Assembly (NCBI GenBank): GCA_021802585.1 | Contig: JAJZRQ010000004.1 | Span: 190 to 64,189, forward strand | Source of the DNA: Chloroflexota bacterium | GTDB lineage: Bacteria; Chloroflexota; Limnocylindria; Limnocylindrales; CSP1-4 | DNA: 64,000 nucleotides | Reading direction: 5' to 3' | In this document: positions 1 through 7,367 of the stretch, in pieces | Layout: every line of letters starts with the position of its first letter | How positions within the stretch are numbered: position 1 is the stretch's first letter | Notes under the pieces: model-generated | Told to the model about the DNA's origin: nothing | Seen by the model: the letters and a program-made list of their open reading frames with translations, nothing else | Databases searched by the model: none | Position numbers and translations under genes: made by a program

Positions 1-261
1 GAGTTCGAGGTTGTCGGCGAAGCGCTCAATCGTCTCCGACGTGACGACGCGGCCGTCGCGGCGCGCATTCCTCATCTCGCCGAGATCGTCGGGTTCCGCA
101 ACGTCCTGATCCACGGCTACGACATCGTGGACCGCAGCGCGGTCTGGAAGGCGATCATGGTCGAGATCCCGGCCCTTGTCGCATCCATCAGCGGTCTGCT
201 CGTCGAGCTTGACGCCGCGATGGGGCCACCGCCCGGCCCAGGTGACCAGCGCCCCGTGTAG
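1..261 (+). CDS. HepT-like HEPN/DUF86 toxin, C-terminal part (5' end outside window)
   Basis: Frame 1 is open from the window edge to TAG 259-261. The translation ...LAEIVGFRNVLIHGYDIVDRSAVWKAI... carries the Rx4HxY signature of HEPN-domain HepT toxins of MNT-HepT modules. It is absent from the ORF track because it has no start inside the window. Confidence 0.6.
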   Translation, partial: EFEVVGEALNRLRRDDAAVAARIPHLAEIVGFRNVLIHGYDIVDRSAVWKAIMVEIPALVASISGLLVELDAAMGPPPGPGDQRPV

Positions 262-363
262 TCAGGCTCGCCCCCTCATCGGCTCAGGATTTCGCGGCCG
301 TGCCCGCGCAGCCGGACTTGACACCCAGGCAGTCCTGCACACGCTCATGGGTTGGGCATGGAA

Positions 364-439
364 TGGCGCCCCCGGACGGACTCGAACCGCCGACGCAGGC
401 CTTAGGACGGCCTCGCTCTATCCACTGAGCTACGGGGGC
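364..439 (-). tRNA. tRNA-Arg (anticodon CCT)
   Basis: The reverse complement reads GCCCCCG-TA-GCTCAGTGGATAGAGC-G-AGGCC-GTCCTAA-GGCCT-...-GGCGG-TTCGAGT-CCGTC-CGGGGGC-G-CCA. It has a 7-bp acceptor stem, a canonical D and T loop, CCT at positions 34-36 and an encoded CCA. Confidence 0.9.
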
Positions 440-449
440 GCGGAGATCG

Positions 450-455
450 ATCGTA
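450..455 (-). promoter_or_regulatory. candidate -10 box (TACGAT) for tRNA-Arg
   Basis: The minus strand reads gtggagTACGATcgatctccgc followed by the tRNA 5' end, so the hexamer ends 10 nt upstream of the mature 5' end. It is an isolated A/T-containing hexamer in GC-rich spacer. Confidence 0.35.
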
Positions 456-611
456 CTCCACCCGCGACGCCGCCCGGCCGGGCGCGCCCGGGCGCGGCCA
501 AGGCGGGTGCCCCGGGGCGGGCGGGCCGGCGCGCTGCGGGTGCGGGGCGGGCGCGACGCCGAGCGGGTGCGCTGCGGCGCCGGCCCCGACGGGTCGCGCG
601 CCCGGCCGCCG

Positions 612-628
612 TACAATCCGCGCCGATG
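612..628 (+). promoter_or_regulatory. candidate -10 box TACAAT plus 8-nt spacer plus ATG (leaderless start of the grx-like/ccdA/tlpA operon)
   Basis: The sequence is ccgTACAATccgcgccgATGgac. There is no room for a Shine-Dalgarno sequence. The same architecture recurs at seven other operon heads in this window. Confidence 0.4.
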
Positions 629-973
629 GACCCTGCCCCCGCTCCCCTCCCCGACCTCGTCCTCTGGAGGTCGGATCGCTGCCATCTCTGCGCGGACACG
701 GAGGCCCTCGTCGCCCTGCTCCTCGACGAGCGGTCGGCCGCGGGCCGGGCGGTGCCCCGTCTCGCCGTGCGCCGGATCGCCGAGGATCCCGCCGTCGAGC
801 GGGAGCTCCTCGAGCAGGTGCCCGTCCTCGAGGCCGGGGGGCGACGCCTGCTGCTCGCGATCCGCCTCGGAGCGATCCGGGCGTTCGTCGACGAGGCGTG
901 CGGCGAGGCCGACGTCGCCCTGACCGGCACGGCCGCCGGCACTGCGCCGTCCGACGCGGCCGCGGCCCGGTGA
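626..973 (+). CDS. glutaredoxin-like thioredoxin-fold protein (DUF836-like, CxxC)
   Basis: ATG 626 lies inside ORF 176..973. The translation MDPAPAPLPDLVLWRSDRCHLCADTEALV...EQVPVLEAGGRRL has a CHLC redox motif and a VP(V)L cis-Pro region. The upstream part of the ORF is Arg/Pro/Ala shadow overlapping the tRNA and was trimmed. The stop overlaps the ccdA GTG (GTGA). Confidence 0.6.
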   Translation: MDPAPAPLPDLVLWRSDRCHLCADTEALVALLLDERSAAGRAVPRLAVRRIAEDPAVERELLEQVPVLEAGGRRLLLAIRLGAIRAFVDEACGEADVALTGTAAGTAPSDAAAAR

Positions 974-1782
974 ACGCCGCCGACCTCACCCTCCTCGTCG
1001 CCTTCGGGGCCGGGCTCATCAGCTTCCTCTCGCCGTGCGTCCTGCCCCTCGTCCCGGCCTACCTCGGGCAGATGACCGTCGTCGCGGTCGTCGGGCGCTC
1101 GGGCGCGGCGCCGTCGCGCTGGCTGGCGGTGCGCCACGCGGTCGCGTACGTACTCGGGTTCGGTGCCGTCTTCACGCTCCTCGGCGTCACGGCGACGTTC
1201 GTCGGTGGGCCGCTCGCGGACTGGCTGCCGGCCCTCCGGACCGTCGGCGGCGTCGTCCTCGTCGTCATGGGCCTGAACCTCGCCGGCATCCTGCGGATCC
1301 CGGCCCTCGAGCGGACGTGGCGCCCGCTCGAGTCCGGGGCAGCGGCGGAGATGGCCGAGCAGGGCGGCACGCTTGCCTTCGCGCCCGCGAGAGCCGACGG
1401 CGGGGCGCGCCTCGGCGACCGGCTCGGCGGGCGCCTCGTCGGGAGCCGCGGAGGGTTCCTCGCCTCGTTCGGCCTCGGCGTCGTCTTCGCGATCGGCTGG
1501 ACACCGTGCATCGGGATCATCCTCGGGAGCATCCTCACGGTCGCCGCCTCATCCGGCACCACGCTCCAGGGCGGGCTCCTCCTCGCCACGTACACCCTCG
1601 GCCTCGGTGTCCCGTTCGTCCTCCTCGGCGCCGTCTACGACCGCGCGCCGGCGCTCGTCCGCCCGCTCGTCCGCCACGGACGCGCGGTCTCGTTCGTCGG
1701 AGGAATCCTCGTCGCGATCATCGGCGTCCTCATGATCCTGGACTGGCTCAGCTGGTTCGCGCGCCTCGCGCCCGGGGTGTAG
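970..1782 (+). CDS. ccdA: cytochrome c biogenesis / thiol-disulfide electron transporter CcdA (DsbD family)
   Basis: The translation LLVAFGAGLISFLSPCVLPLVPAYLG and a second WTPCIGIILGSIL motif sit in a polytopic hydrophobic protein. The GTG 970 start was chosen from its GTGA overlap with the upstream stop, so the start is uncertain. Confidence 0.85.
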   Translation: MNAADLTLLVAFGAGLISFLSPCVLPLVPAYLGQMTVVAVVGRSGAAPSRWLAVRHAVAYVLGFGAVFTLLGVTATFVGGPLADWLPALRTVGGVVLVVMGLNLAGILRIPALERTWRPLESGAAAEMAEQGGTLAFAPARADGGARLGDRLGGRLVGSRGGFLASFGLGVVFAIGWTPCIGIILGSILTVAASSGTTLQGGLLLATYTLGLGVPFVLLGAVYDRAPALVRPLVRHGRAVSFVGGILVAIIGVLMILDWLSWFARLAPGV

Positions 1783-1788
1783 GCAGGC

Positions 1789-2499
1789 ATGGGCCTCCCC
1801 CCGGACGAGCTGCCCGAGGCGCCCGAGCCGCCGGAGCCCGTTGAGACCCGGCGCGGCGTCATTGGCCCGTTCACTGCGCGCCAGCTCGCGGCGGCGCTCG
1901 CCACCGTGCTCGGGGCGGCCGTCCTCCTCGTGCTGGCGACGCGGCCGCTCGTCGGGCCCGGCCCGTCGCCGGCTCCCGCCGACCCCCGGGCGACCCAGTA
2001 CCTCGTCGGCCCGGCCGCCGAGGGACTCCGCGTCGGCGACCGCGCGCCCGAGCTCGAGATCAGGGGGCCAGACGGCGCGCCCGCGCCGCTCCGCGACCTC
2101 GCGGGGAACCCCGTCCGCCTCGCCGACCTCCGGGGCCGCCCCGTGTGGATCAACTTCTGGGCGAGCTGGTGCCCGCCATGCCAGGCCGAGACGCCGATCC
2201 TCCGCGACCTCGCCGCGGCCTACGCGCCGCAGGGGCTCGCGCTCATCGGGATCAGCGTCCAGGAAGCCACCGAGGACGATGTGCGCGCGTACGCCGAGCG
2301 CTACGGCCTCGCGTACACGGTCGCCGCCGACCTCGGCGGCGACGTCTTCCGCCGGTACCGGATCTACGGCCTCCCGACCCAGCTCTTCCTCGACGGCGAC
2401 GGGATCATCCGCGCGATCGTCCAGGGGCCGGTGACGCCCGAGAGCGCGGCGGCGAACCTCGCCCTCCTCGGGCTCGCGGCGCCCACACCGGCGCCGTAG
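1789..2499 (+). CDS. TlpA/ResA-like membrane-anchored thiol-disulfide oxidoreductase (redoxin)
   Basis: The translation contains VWINFWASWCPPCQAETPIL (WCxxC thioredoxin motif). It has an N-terminal TM anchor, and it follows ccdA by 6 nt. Confidence 0.85.
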   Translation: MGLPPDELPEAPEPPEPVETRRGVIGPFTARQLAAALATVLGAAVLLVLATRPLVGPGPSPAPADPRATQYLVGPAAEGLRVGDRAPELEIRGPDGAPAPLRDLAGNPVRLADLRGRPVWINFWASWCPPCQAETPILRDLAAAYAPQGLALIGISVQEATEDDVRAYAERYGLAYTVAADLGGDVFRRYRIYGLPTQLFLDGDGIIRAIVQGPVTPESAAANLALLGLAAPTPAP

Positions 2500-3360
2500 C
2501 TACGCGAGCGGCTCCCAGGCGAACCGGTCGCGATCGGGGACGAGGCGGCCGACCGGGTGCCGGAGCTCGTGGGAGAGGACGATCGTCCAGCGCTCCTCCG
2601 CGGCCCGGGTGAAGAGCGTCGCCTTCCGGGCGACGGAATCGAGCGGGAAGTCGTCGAACGCCGGGACCCAGCGCGGGTTCGCCGACCAGGGGCGCATCGC
2701 GATGTCGCCGAGGAACGCGAGCGTCCGGCCCGGGGCCCGGACGAGGATCGCCTGGTGGCCGGCCGTGTGTCCGCCGGTCGGCGCGACCGCCACGCCCGGC
2801 ATGAGCTCCTCCTCGCCGTCCGCCGCGCCCTCATCGCCCCACGCCCGCACGAGGCGCAGCTCCGGCTGATCGTATGACGCGACGATCCGCGGGTTGTCCG
2901 AGAGGGCGATCTCCCACTCCGCGCGCTGGGCGACGATCCGCGCCCGCGGGAACGCCCGCGTCCCGTCGGCGCGGAGGAGCCCGCCGGCGTGGTCGTAGTG
3001 GAGGTGGCTCAGCGCGACGACGTCGACCGTCGCGGGGTCGAAGCCGGCCCGCAGGAGCGTCGGGACGACGGGCTCGCCACCGAGGCCCCGCCAGGCCCGG
3101 CCCCGCTCGTCGAGGCGCTCGCCGATCCCCGTCTCGACGAGGACCCGCCCCGCCGGCGTCTCGACGACGAGGCAATTGAGCGCCTGGAGGAGGCGGTGCT
3201 GGTCGTCGAGCTCGGCGGCGACGAGGCGATCCCAGAGGACGCGCGGCGCCGGCCCGAAGATCGCCCCGGCGTCCGAGCGGAACGTGCCGGCCTGGACGAG
3301 AGCGACCCGCGTCCCGCCCCCGAGGTCGGCCGACCAGTGGAGGGCGTCGCCGAGGGCCAC
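2500..3360 (-). CDS. MBL-fold metallo-hydrolase
   Basis: ALSHLHYDHAGGL is the HxHxDH motif. I chose the GTG 3360 start 2 nt after the dcd stop. The rest of ORF 2500..3696 runs antisense-shadow-like over dcd. Its stop abuts the tlpA-like stop (convergent, zero spacer). Confidence 0.75.
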   Translation of the reverse strand: MALGDALHWSADLGGGTRVALVQAGTFRSDAGAIFGPAPRVLWDRLVAAELDDQHRLLQALNCLVVETPAGRVLVETGIGERLDERGRAWRGLGGEPVVPTLLRAGFDPATVDVVALSHLHYDHAGGLLRADGTRAFPRARIVAQRAEWEIALSDNPRIVASYDQPELRLVRAWGDEGAADGEEELMPGVAVAPTGGHTAGHQAILVRAPGRTLAFLGDIAMRPWSANPRWVPAFDDFPLDSVARKATLFTRAAEERWTIVLSHELRHPVGRLVPDRDRFAWEPLA

Positions 3361-3362
3361 GG

Positions 3363-3956
3363 TCAGCGCGCCCCGGGGAGCTTCCGGCGGGCCGCGAAGT
3401 CGCGGTGGAATGCCGACGCCGTCGGCTGGCTCTGGCCCTGGTACTTCGAGCCGAGCTCGGCGCTCCCGTACGGGCGGTCCACCGGGCTCGACATCCGGAA
3501 GAAGCTGATCTGCCCGATCCGCATCCCGGCGTAGAGGGCGATCGGCAGGTTCGCGACGTTGCTCAGCTCGAGGGTGAGCGTGCCTTTCCAGCCCGGGTCC
3601 ACGTACCCGGCCGTCGAGTGGATGAGGAGCCCGAGCCGGCCGAGACTCGACTTCCCCTCGAGGCGGGCGACGAGGTCGGTCGGCAGCTCGACCCACTCGA
3701 GGGTCTGGCCGAGGACGAACTCCCCGGGGTGGAGGATGAACGGCTCGTCGTCGCGGACTTCGAGGAGCTCGGTGAGGTCCGGCTGGGCCTCGCGCGGATC
3801 GATGAACGGGTAGCGGTTGTTCCGGAAGACGCGGAACGAGCGGTCGAGGTGGAGGTCGACCGACGACGGCTGGAGGTCGGCCGGATCGTAGGGGTCGATC
3901 CGGACCCGGCCGGCCTCGATCTCGGCCCGGATGTCGCGGTCGGCGAGGACGCTCAC
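3363..3956 (-). CDS. dcd: dCTP deaminase
   Basis: The translation [24 protein letters not shown]...[35 protein letters not shown]...GMRIGQISF has classic Dcd motifs. The GTG start overlaps the nrdR stop (GTGA). Confidence 0.9.
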   Translation of the reverse strand: MSVLADRDIRAEIEAGRVRIDPYDPADLQPSSVDLHLDRSFRVFRNNRYPFIDPREAQPDLTELLEVRDDEPFILHPGEFVLGQTLEWVELPTDLVARLEGKSSLGRLGLLIHSTAGYVDPGWKGTLTLELSNVANLPIALYAGMRIGQISFFRMSSPVDRPYGSAELGSKYQGQSQPTASAFHRDFAARRKLPGAR

Positions 3957-4435
3957 GGCCGCCGGCCCCCGTCGCCCGGCCCGCGCTCGTCGTAGAGGCT
4001 GTCGACCTCGCGCTTCAGCGTCGCGAGGTCCTCGAACGACTGGTAGACGCTGGCGAAGCGGATGTACGCGATCTGGTCGAGCGCGCGGAGGCGCTCCATC
4101 GCGAGCTCGCCGATCCGGGACGACTCGACCTCGGTCGTCCCCGCCGCGCGGAGGCGCGCCTCGATCTCGTCCGCCGCCTGCTCGGCCGCGTCCTCGGGGA
4201 CCGGGCGCCGGGTGAGGGCCTTCCGCAGACCGGCCGCGAGCTTGTCGCGATCGAACTCCTGGCGCGCCCCATCCCGCTTGACGACGACGAGGCGCGCCGC
4301 CTCGATCCGCTCGTACGTCGTGAAGCGGGCGCCGCAGGCCGGGCACTCGCGCCGGCGGCGGATCGTCGCGGCGTCGTCGAGGTCCCGGGAGTCGATCACC
4401 CGGGTGTCACGCGCCGCGCAGCTCGGACAGCGCAT
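3953..4435 (-). CDS. nrdR: transcriptional repressor NrdR
   Basis: [18 protein letters not shown]...[17 protein letters not shown] is a zinc ribbon followed by an ATP-cone ([14 protein letters not shown]...). GGAGGA lies 5 nt upstream of the ATG. Confidence 0.9.
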   Translation of the reverse strand: MRCPSCAARDTRVIDSRDLDDAATIRRRRECPACGARFTTYERIEAARLVVVKRDGARQEFDRDKLAAGLRKALTRRPVPEDAAEQAADEIEARLRAAGTTEVESSRIGELAMERLRALDQIAYIRFASVYQSFEDLATLKREVDSLYDERGPGDGGRRP

Positions 4436-4456
4436 CGGGTCCTCCAGCGCCCTGCA

Positions 4457-4503
4457 CCACAACATCTTGTGGCACGCCCGGACGATACCACGACATACGG
4501 GGC
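4457..4503 (-). promoter_or_regulatory. two NrdR-box-like 16-mers flanking a TATCGT -10 candidate upstream of nrdR
   Basis: Box A at 4457-4472 is CCACAACATCTTGTGG, a palindrome with 14 of 16 positions symmetric that fits the acaCwAtATaTwGtgt consensus in its core. Box B at 4488-4503 is CCACGACATACGGGGC, with the left half conserved and the right half degenerate. The centres are 31 bp apart. The -10 candidate is TATCGT (revcomp of 4482-4487), which lies between them. Confidence 0.5.
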
Positions 4504-4516
4504 CGCTCGCGCCTCC

Positions 4517-5074
4517 TCAGCCGGCGCGGAGCCGGTCCGTGAACCAGCGGCTCGCCCCGACGCGCCCCGAGCGGAGGTCGACGGCGAGCGCGACGAGCGC
4601 CTCGCGGGCATGGAGGAGGTTGAGGTAGCCCCGCTTCACGGACGTCTCGCCCTCCATCTCCCGCGGCCGACCCGCCGTCATCCCGAGAAGGAGGCAGCCG
4701 TGCTCGACCGCCTCGACGGCCCGGCCGGCGCGCTCGATCTCCGCCATGAGCCGCTCGCGGAGGAGGGCGAGGGACGCCGGCGCGTCGAGGACCGCCGCCT
4801 CGTCGCGGAGCCCGGCGAGGCGCTCGGCGAGCGCGGGAATGACCTCGTCGAGCTCCGTCGGCGCGTCCTGGCGGCGGCGGACCCGGTCGATCCGGGCCGC
4901 CCCCTCGACGATCGCCGCGGCGGCCCGGTCCGCGACGCCGGCCCCACCCTGCCGGAACGCCTCCTCCTCGCGGGTCGCGGCGACGACGCCGGCCGCCCGG
5001 CGGAGGACGTAGAGGAACGCGACGAGCAGGGCGAGGAAGAGCCCGAGCGACGCGACGAGGAGGATCTCCGTCAT
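4517..5074 (-). CDS. hypothetical membrane-anchored protein
   Basis: MTEILLVASLGLFLALLVAFLYVL is an N-terminal TM helix followed by an Ala/Arg/Glu-rich helical region. Third-position GC is high. I recognise no domain. Confidence 0.5.
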   Translation of the reverse strand: MTEILLVASLGLFLALLVAFLYVLRRAAGVVAATREEEAFRQGGAGVADRAAAAIVEGAARIDRVRRRQDAPTELDEVIPALAERLAGLRDEAAVLDAPASLALLRERLMAEIERAGRAVEAVEHGCLLLGMTAGRPREMEGETSVKRGYLNLLHAREALVALAVDLRSGRVGASRWFTDRLRAG

Positions 5075-5084
5075 CGTCGGGCGG

Positions 5085-6113
5085 TCAGGTCCGGCGCGCG
5101 CGCAGGGCGGCGACGAGGGCAGGGACGACATCGAACAGGTCGCCGACGACGTACAGGTCGGCGTGCTCGACGAGGGGGGCGTCGGGGTCGCGGTTCACGG
5201 CGACGATCGTCTCGGCGTCCTGCATCCCCACGCGGTGCTGGATCGCGCCCGAGACGCCGATCGCGACGTAGACGGCCGGTCGCACCGTCCGGCCGGTCTG
5301 GCCGACCTGGACGTCGAACGGCATCCACCCGGCGTCCACCGCCGCGCGGGTCGCGGCCACGGCGCCGCCGAGGGCGTCCGCGAGCTCGCGGAGGAGGGCC
5401 ACGCCGTCCGGGCCTCCCAGGCCGCGGCCGCCGGCGACGACGATCGCCGCCTCCTCGACGCTCGCGCTCCGCCCGGCGGCCGCGGCGCGCGCGACGACCC
5501 GCGCGACCGGGGCGGCGACCGCCAGCGCAACCGCCTCGACCGCCCCGGGCGCGCCACTGGGCGACGCGGCGGCGGCGCCCGGCCGGAGCGTCACGATCCC
5601 GCGCCCGGCGGTGAAGGCCGAGGTCGTCACGGCGCGCCCGCCGAGGACGCTCTTCTCGACGCGCGGGCCCGGAGGCGCCCCGTCGTCCCCGCTCCCCCAC
5701 CGGAGGGCGGTGGCGTTGCCGAGGACGCCCAGGTGGAGGCGCGCCGCGAGGACCCCGGCCGCCTCGCGGCCCTCCGGCGTCGCGCCGAGGAGGATGACGT
5801 CGGGCGTGTCAGCCGGGGCGGGGGCGTCGGCCGCGTCCCGGCCATCGCGCGACCCGTCCGCTCCCGCGAGCGTCGCGATCGCGCGGGCGACGTCCGGTCC
5901 CGCCCCCGCGGCCGCGCGGACGGCGAGGACCCGCGGCACGTAGTCCGCGAGGACGGCGGCCGCGGCGGCGGGGTCCGGGCCCGCGACGACGGCCGCCGCG
6001 GCGCCGCCGCTCGCCCCCGCGATGAGCCGCGCGGCCGTCGCGAGCTCGAGGGCGAGCCGGGTCGGCAGGCCGTCGACTCCGACCTCCGCGATCGCCCAGG
6101 CGGCGCCTGCCAT
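5085..6113 (-). CDS. etfA: electron transfer flavoprotein alpha subunit
   Basis: The C-terminal FAD-binding region reads VVAGGRGLGGPDG...VGQTGRTVRPAVYVAIGVSGAIQHRVGMQDAETIVAVNRDPDAPL. ATG 6113 shares 1 nt with the etfB stop (TGATG). The longer ORF 5085..6620 is Arg-rich shadow. Confidence 0.85.
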   Translation of the reverse strand: MAGAAWAIAEVGVDGLPTRLALELATAARLIAGASGGAAAAVVAGPDPAAAAAVLADYVPRVLAVRAAAGAGPDVARAIATLAGADGSRDGRDAADAPAPADTPDVILLGATPEGREAAGVLAARLHLGVLGNATALRWGSGDDGAPPGPRVEKSVLGGRAVTTSAFTAGRGIVTLRPGAAAASPSGAPGAVEAVALAVAAPVARVVARAAAAGRSASVEEAAIVVAGGRGLGGPDGVALLRELADALGGAVAATRAAVDAGWMPFDVQVGQTGRTVRPAVYVAIGVSGAIQHRVGMQDAETIVAVNRDPDAPLVEHADLYVVGDLFDVVPALVAALRARRT

Positions 6114-6895
6114 CAGATGGCCCCCCGGGCGATGAGGAGATCGACGATCTCGCGGGCCGCCGCGTCGGGCGCCTCGCGGACGACGCGCGCCGCGGCGCGC
6201 GCGGCCGGCGGTCGCTGGGCGAGGACGACCGTCGTCGCCGCCGCGCCACCCACGTCCCCCGGGGCGAGGCCGAGGTCGGCGAGCGAGCGGACCGCCATCT
6301 CCTTCGCGCGGGCGCCCATGATCCCCTTGAGCGTCGGGTACCGCGGCTCGCCGAGGAGCTGCGTCCCGACGACGACGGCCGGCAGGGGCACCTCGACGGT
6401 CTCCTCGCCCCCGCCGGCGATGCGCCGCACGCGGACGGCGGCCTCGCCGGCCGCGTCGATCGCGGCCGCGCCGGAGACGAGGGGCAGGTCGAGGAGGGTG
6501 GCGATCCCGGCGCCGACGACCCCGCCGCCCCCGTCGGCGCTGTCGGCGCCGGCGAGGACGAGGTCGAAGGGGATCGCGCGGAGCGCCGCCGCGAGGACCT
6601 CCATCGTCGAGAGCGCGCACGACCCGGCGAGCGCGAGGTCGGTCACGAGGACGGCGCGCGCGGCGCCCATGGCGAGGCCCTTGCGGAGCGCGTCCTGGGA
6701 GCCGGCCGGTCCCATCGCCAGGAGCGTCACCTCGGCCCCCTGGGAGTCGGCGAGGCGGAGCGCCGCCTCGAGCGTGTACTCGTCATTGCCGTTGAGCACG
6801 GGCGGCGCGGCGGACCGGTCGAGGCGGCCGTCCGGGCCGAGCCGCTCCTGGCCGGTGGCGTCCGGGACGGGTTTCACGAGCACGACGATCCGCAC
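6113..6895 (-). CDS. etfB: electron transfer flavoprotein beta subunit
   Basis: The translation is VRIVVLVKPVPDATGQERL...NGNDEYTLEAALRL...PRYPTLKGIMGARAKE. GAGGAG lies 8 nt upstream of GTG 6895. Confidence 0.85.
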   Translation of the reverse strand: MRIVVLVKPVPDATGQERLGPDGRLDRSAAPPVLNGNDEYTLEAALRLADSQGAEVTLLAMGPAGSQDALRKGLAMGAARAVLVTDLALAGSCALSTMEVLAAALRAIPFDLVLAGADSADGGGGVVGAGIATLLDLPLVSGAAAIDAAGEAAVRVRRIAGGGEETVEVPLPAVVVGTQLLGEPRYPTLKGIMGARAKEMAVRSLADLGLAPGDVGGAAATTVVLAQRPPAARAAARVVREAPDAAAREIVDLLIARGAI

Positions 6896-7080
6896 GGGCG
6901 ATGCTCCTCGTGGCGCCGGCGGATCCGTCACCCACCCGGCGGTGCCGAGTGTACACACCGGATGCCGCCGCCACGGGCCGGGACCGCGTTCCGGGGGACC
7001 TCCCGGGTGTACGCTCGGGACGGCGAGCCGCGGGGGTCTCGCCCGAACGGCCGGCGCGCCGGCCTGTCACGGGGCGCGCC

Positions 7081-7323
7081 ATGGATGAGCAGCTCCTCCT
7101 CGTCGCCCTCCTCGGCGCCTGCGGGGTCGCCTGCGTCGCCCTCCTCGTCCGGATCCGCCGGGAGCGCGGCGAGCACGAGGACGAGACCCGCGAGAGCCCG
7201 ATCGCGATGTCGTCCGAGGGCGTGAAGCTCTGCCCCCACTGCGCGACGGAGAACCTCTGGACCGACACGCGCTGCGTCCGCTGCGGCCGGCACCTGCCCG
7301 ACGCCCCGCCGCGCGCCTGGTAG
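7081..7323 (+). CDS. small membrane-anchored zinc-ribbon protein (hypothetical)
   Basis: ATG 7081 gives an 80-aa product. It has a TM helix (LLLVALLGACGVACVALLV) followed by CPHC...x12...CVRC, and third-position GC is high. It is one of only five supported plus-strand coding units. Confidence 0.55.
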   Translation: MDEQLLLVALLGACGVACVALLVRIRRERGEHEDETRESPIAMSSEGVKLCPHCATENLWTDTRCVRCGRHLPDAPPRAW

Positions 7324-7347
7324 CGGCCGGCCCGCCGCGCGATCCGC

Positions 7348-7367
7348 AGCGACGCGCCGCCGTCGCT
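7348..7367. terminator. weak hairpin in the 42-nt convergent spacer
   Basis: AGCGACG-cgccgc-CGTCGCT forms a 7-bp stem that overlaps the stop codon of the minus-strand Fe-S oxidoreductase. There is no U-tract. Confidence 0.25.

Noticed and set aside
6949-6956. The palindrome GTGTACAC lies in the divergent etfB/zinc-ribbon spacer and could be an operator.
   Set aside because: It is only 8 bp and a single copy, and it also reads as possible overlapping -10-like hexamers (TACACT on the minus strand). That is insufficient to call a binding site.
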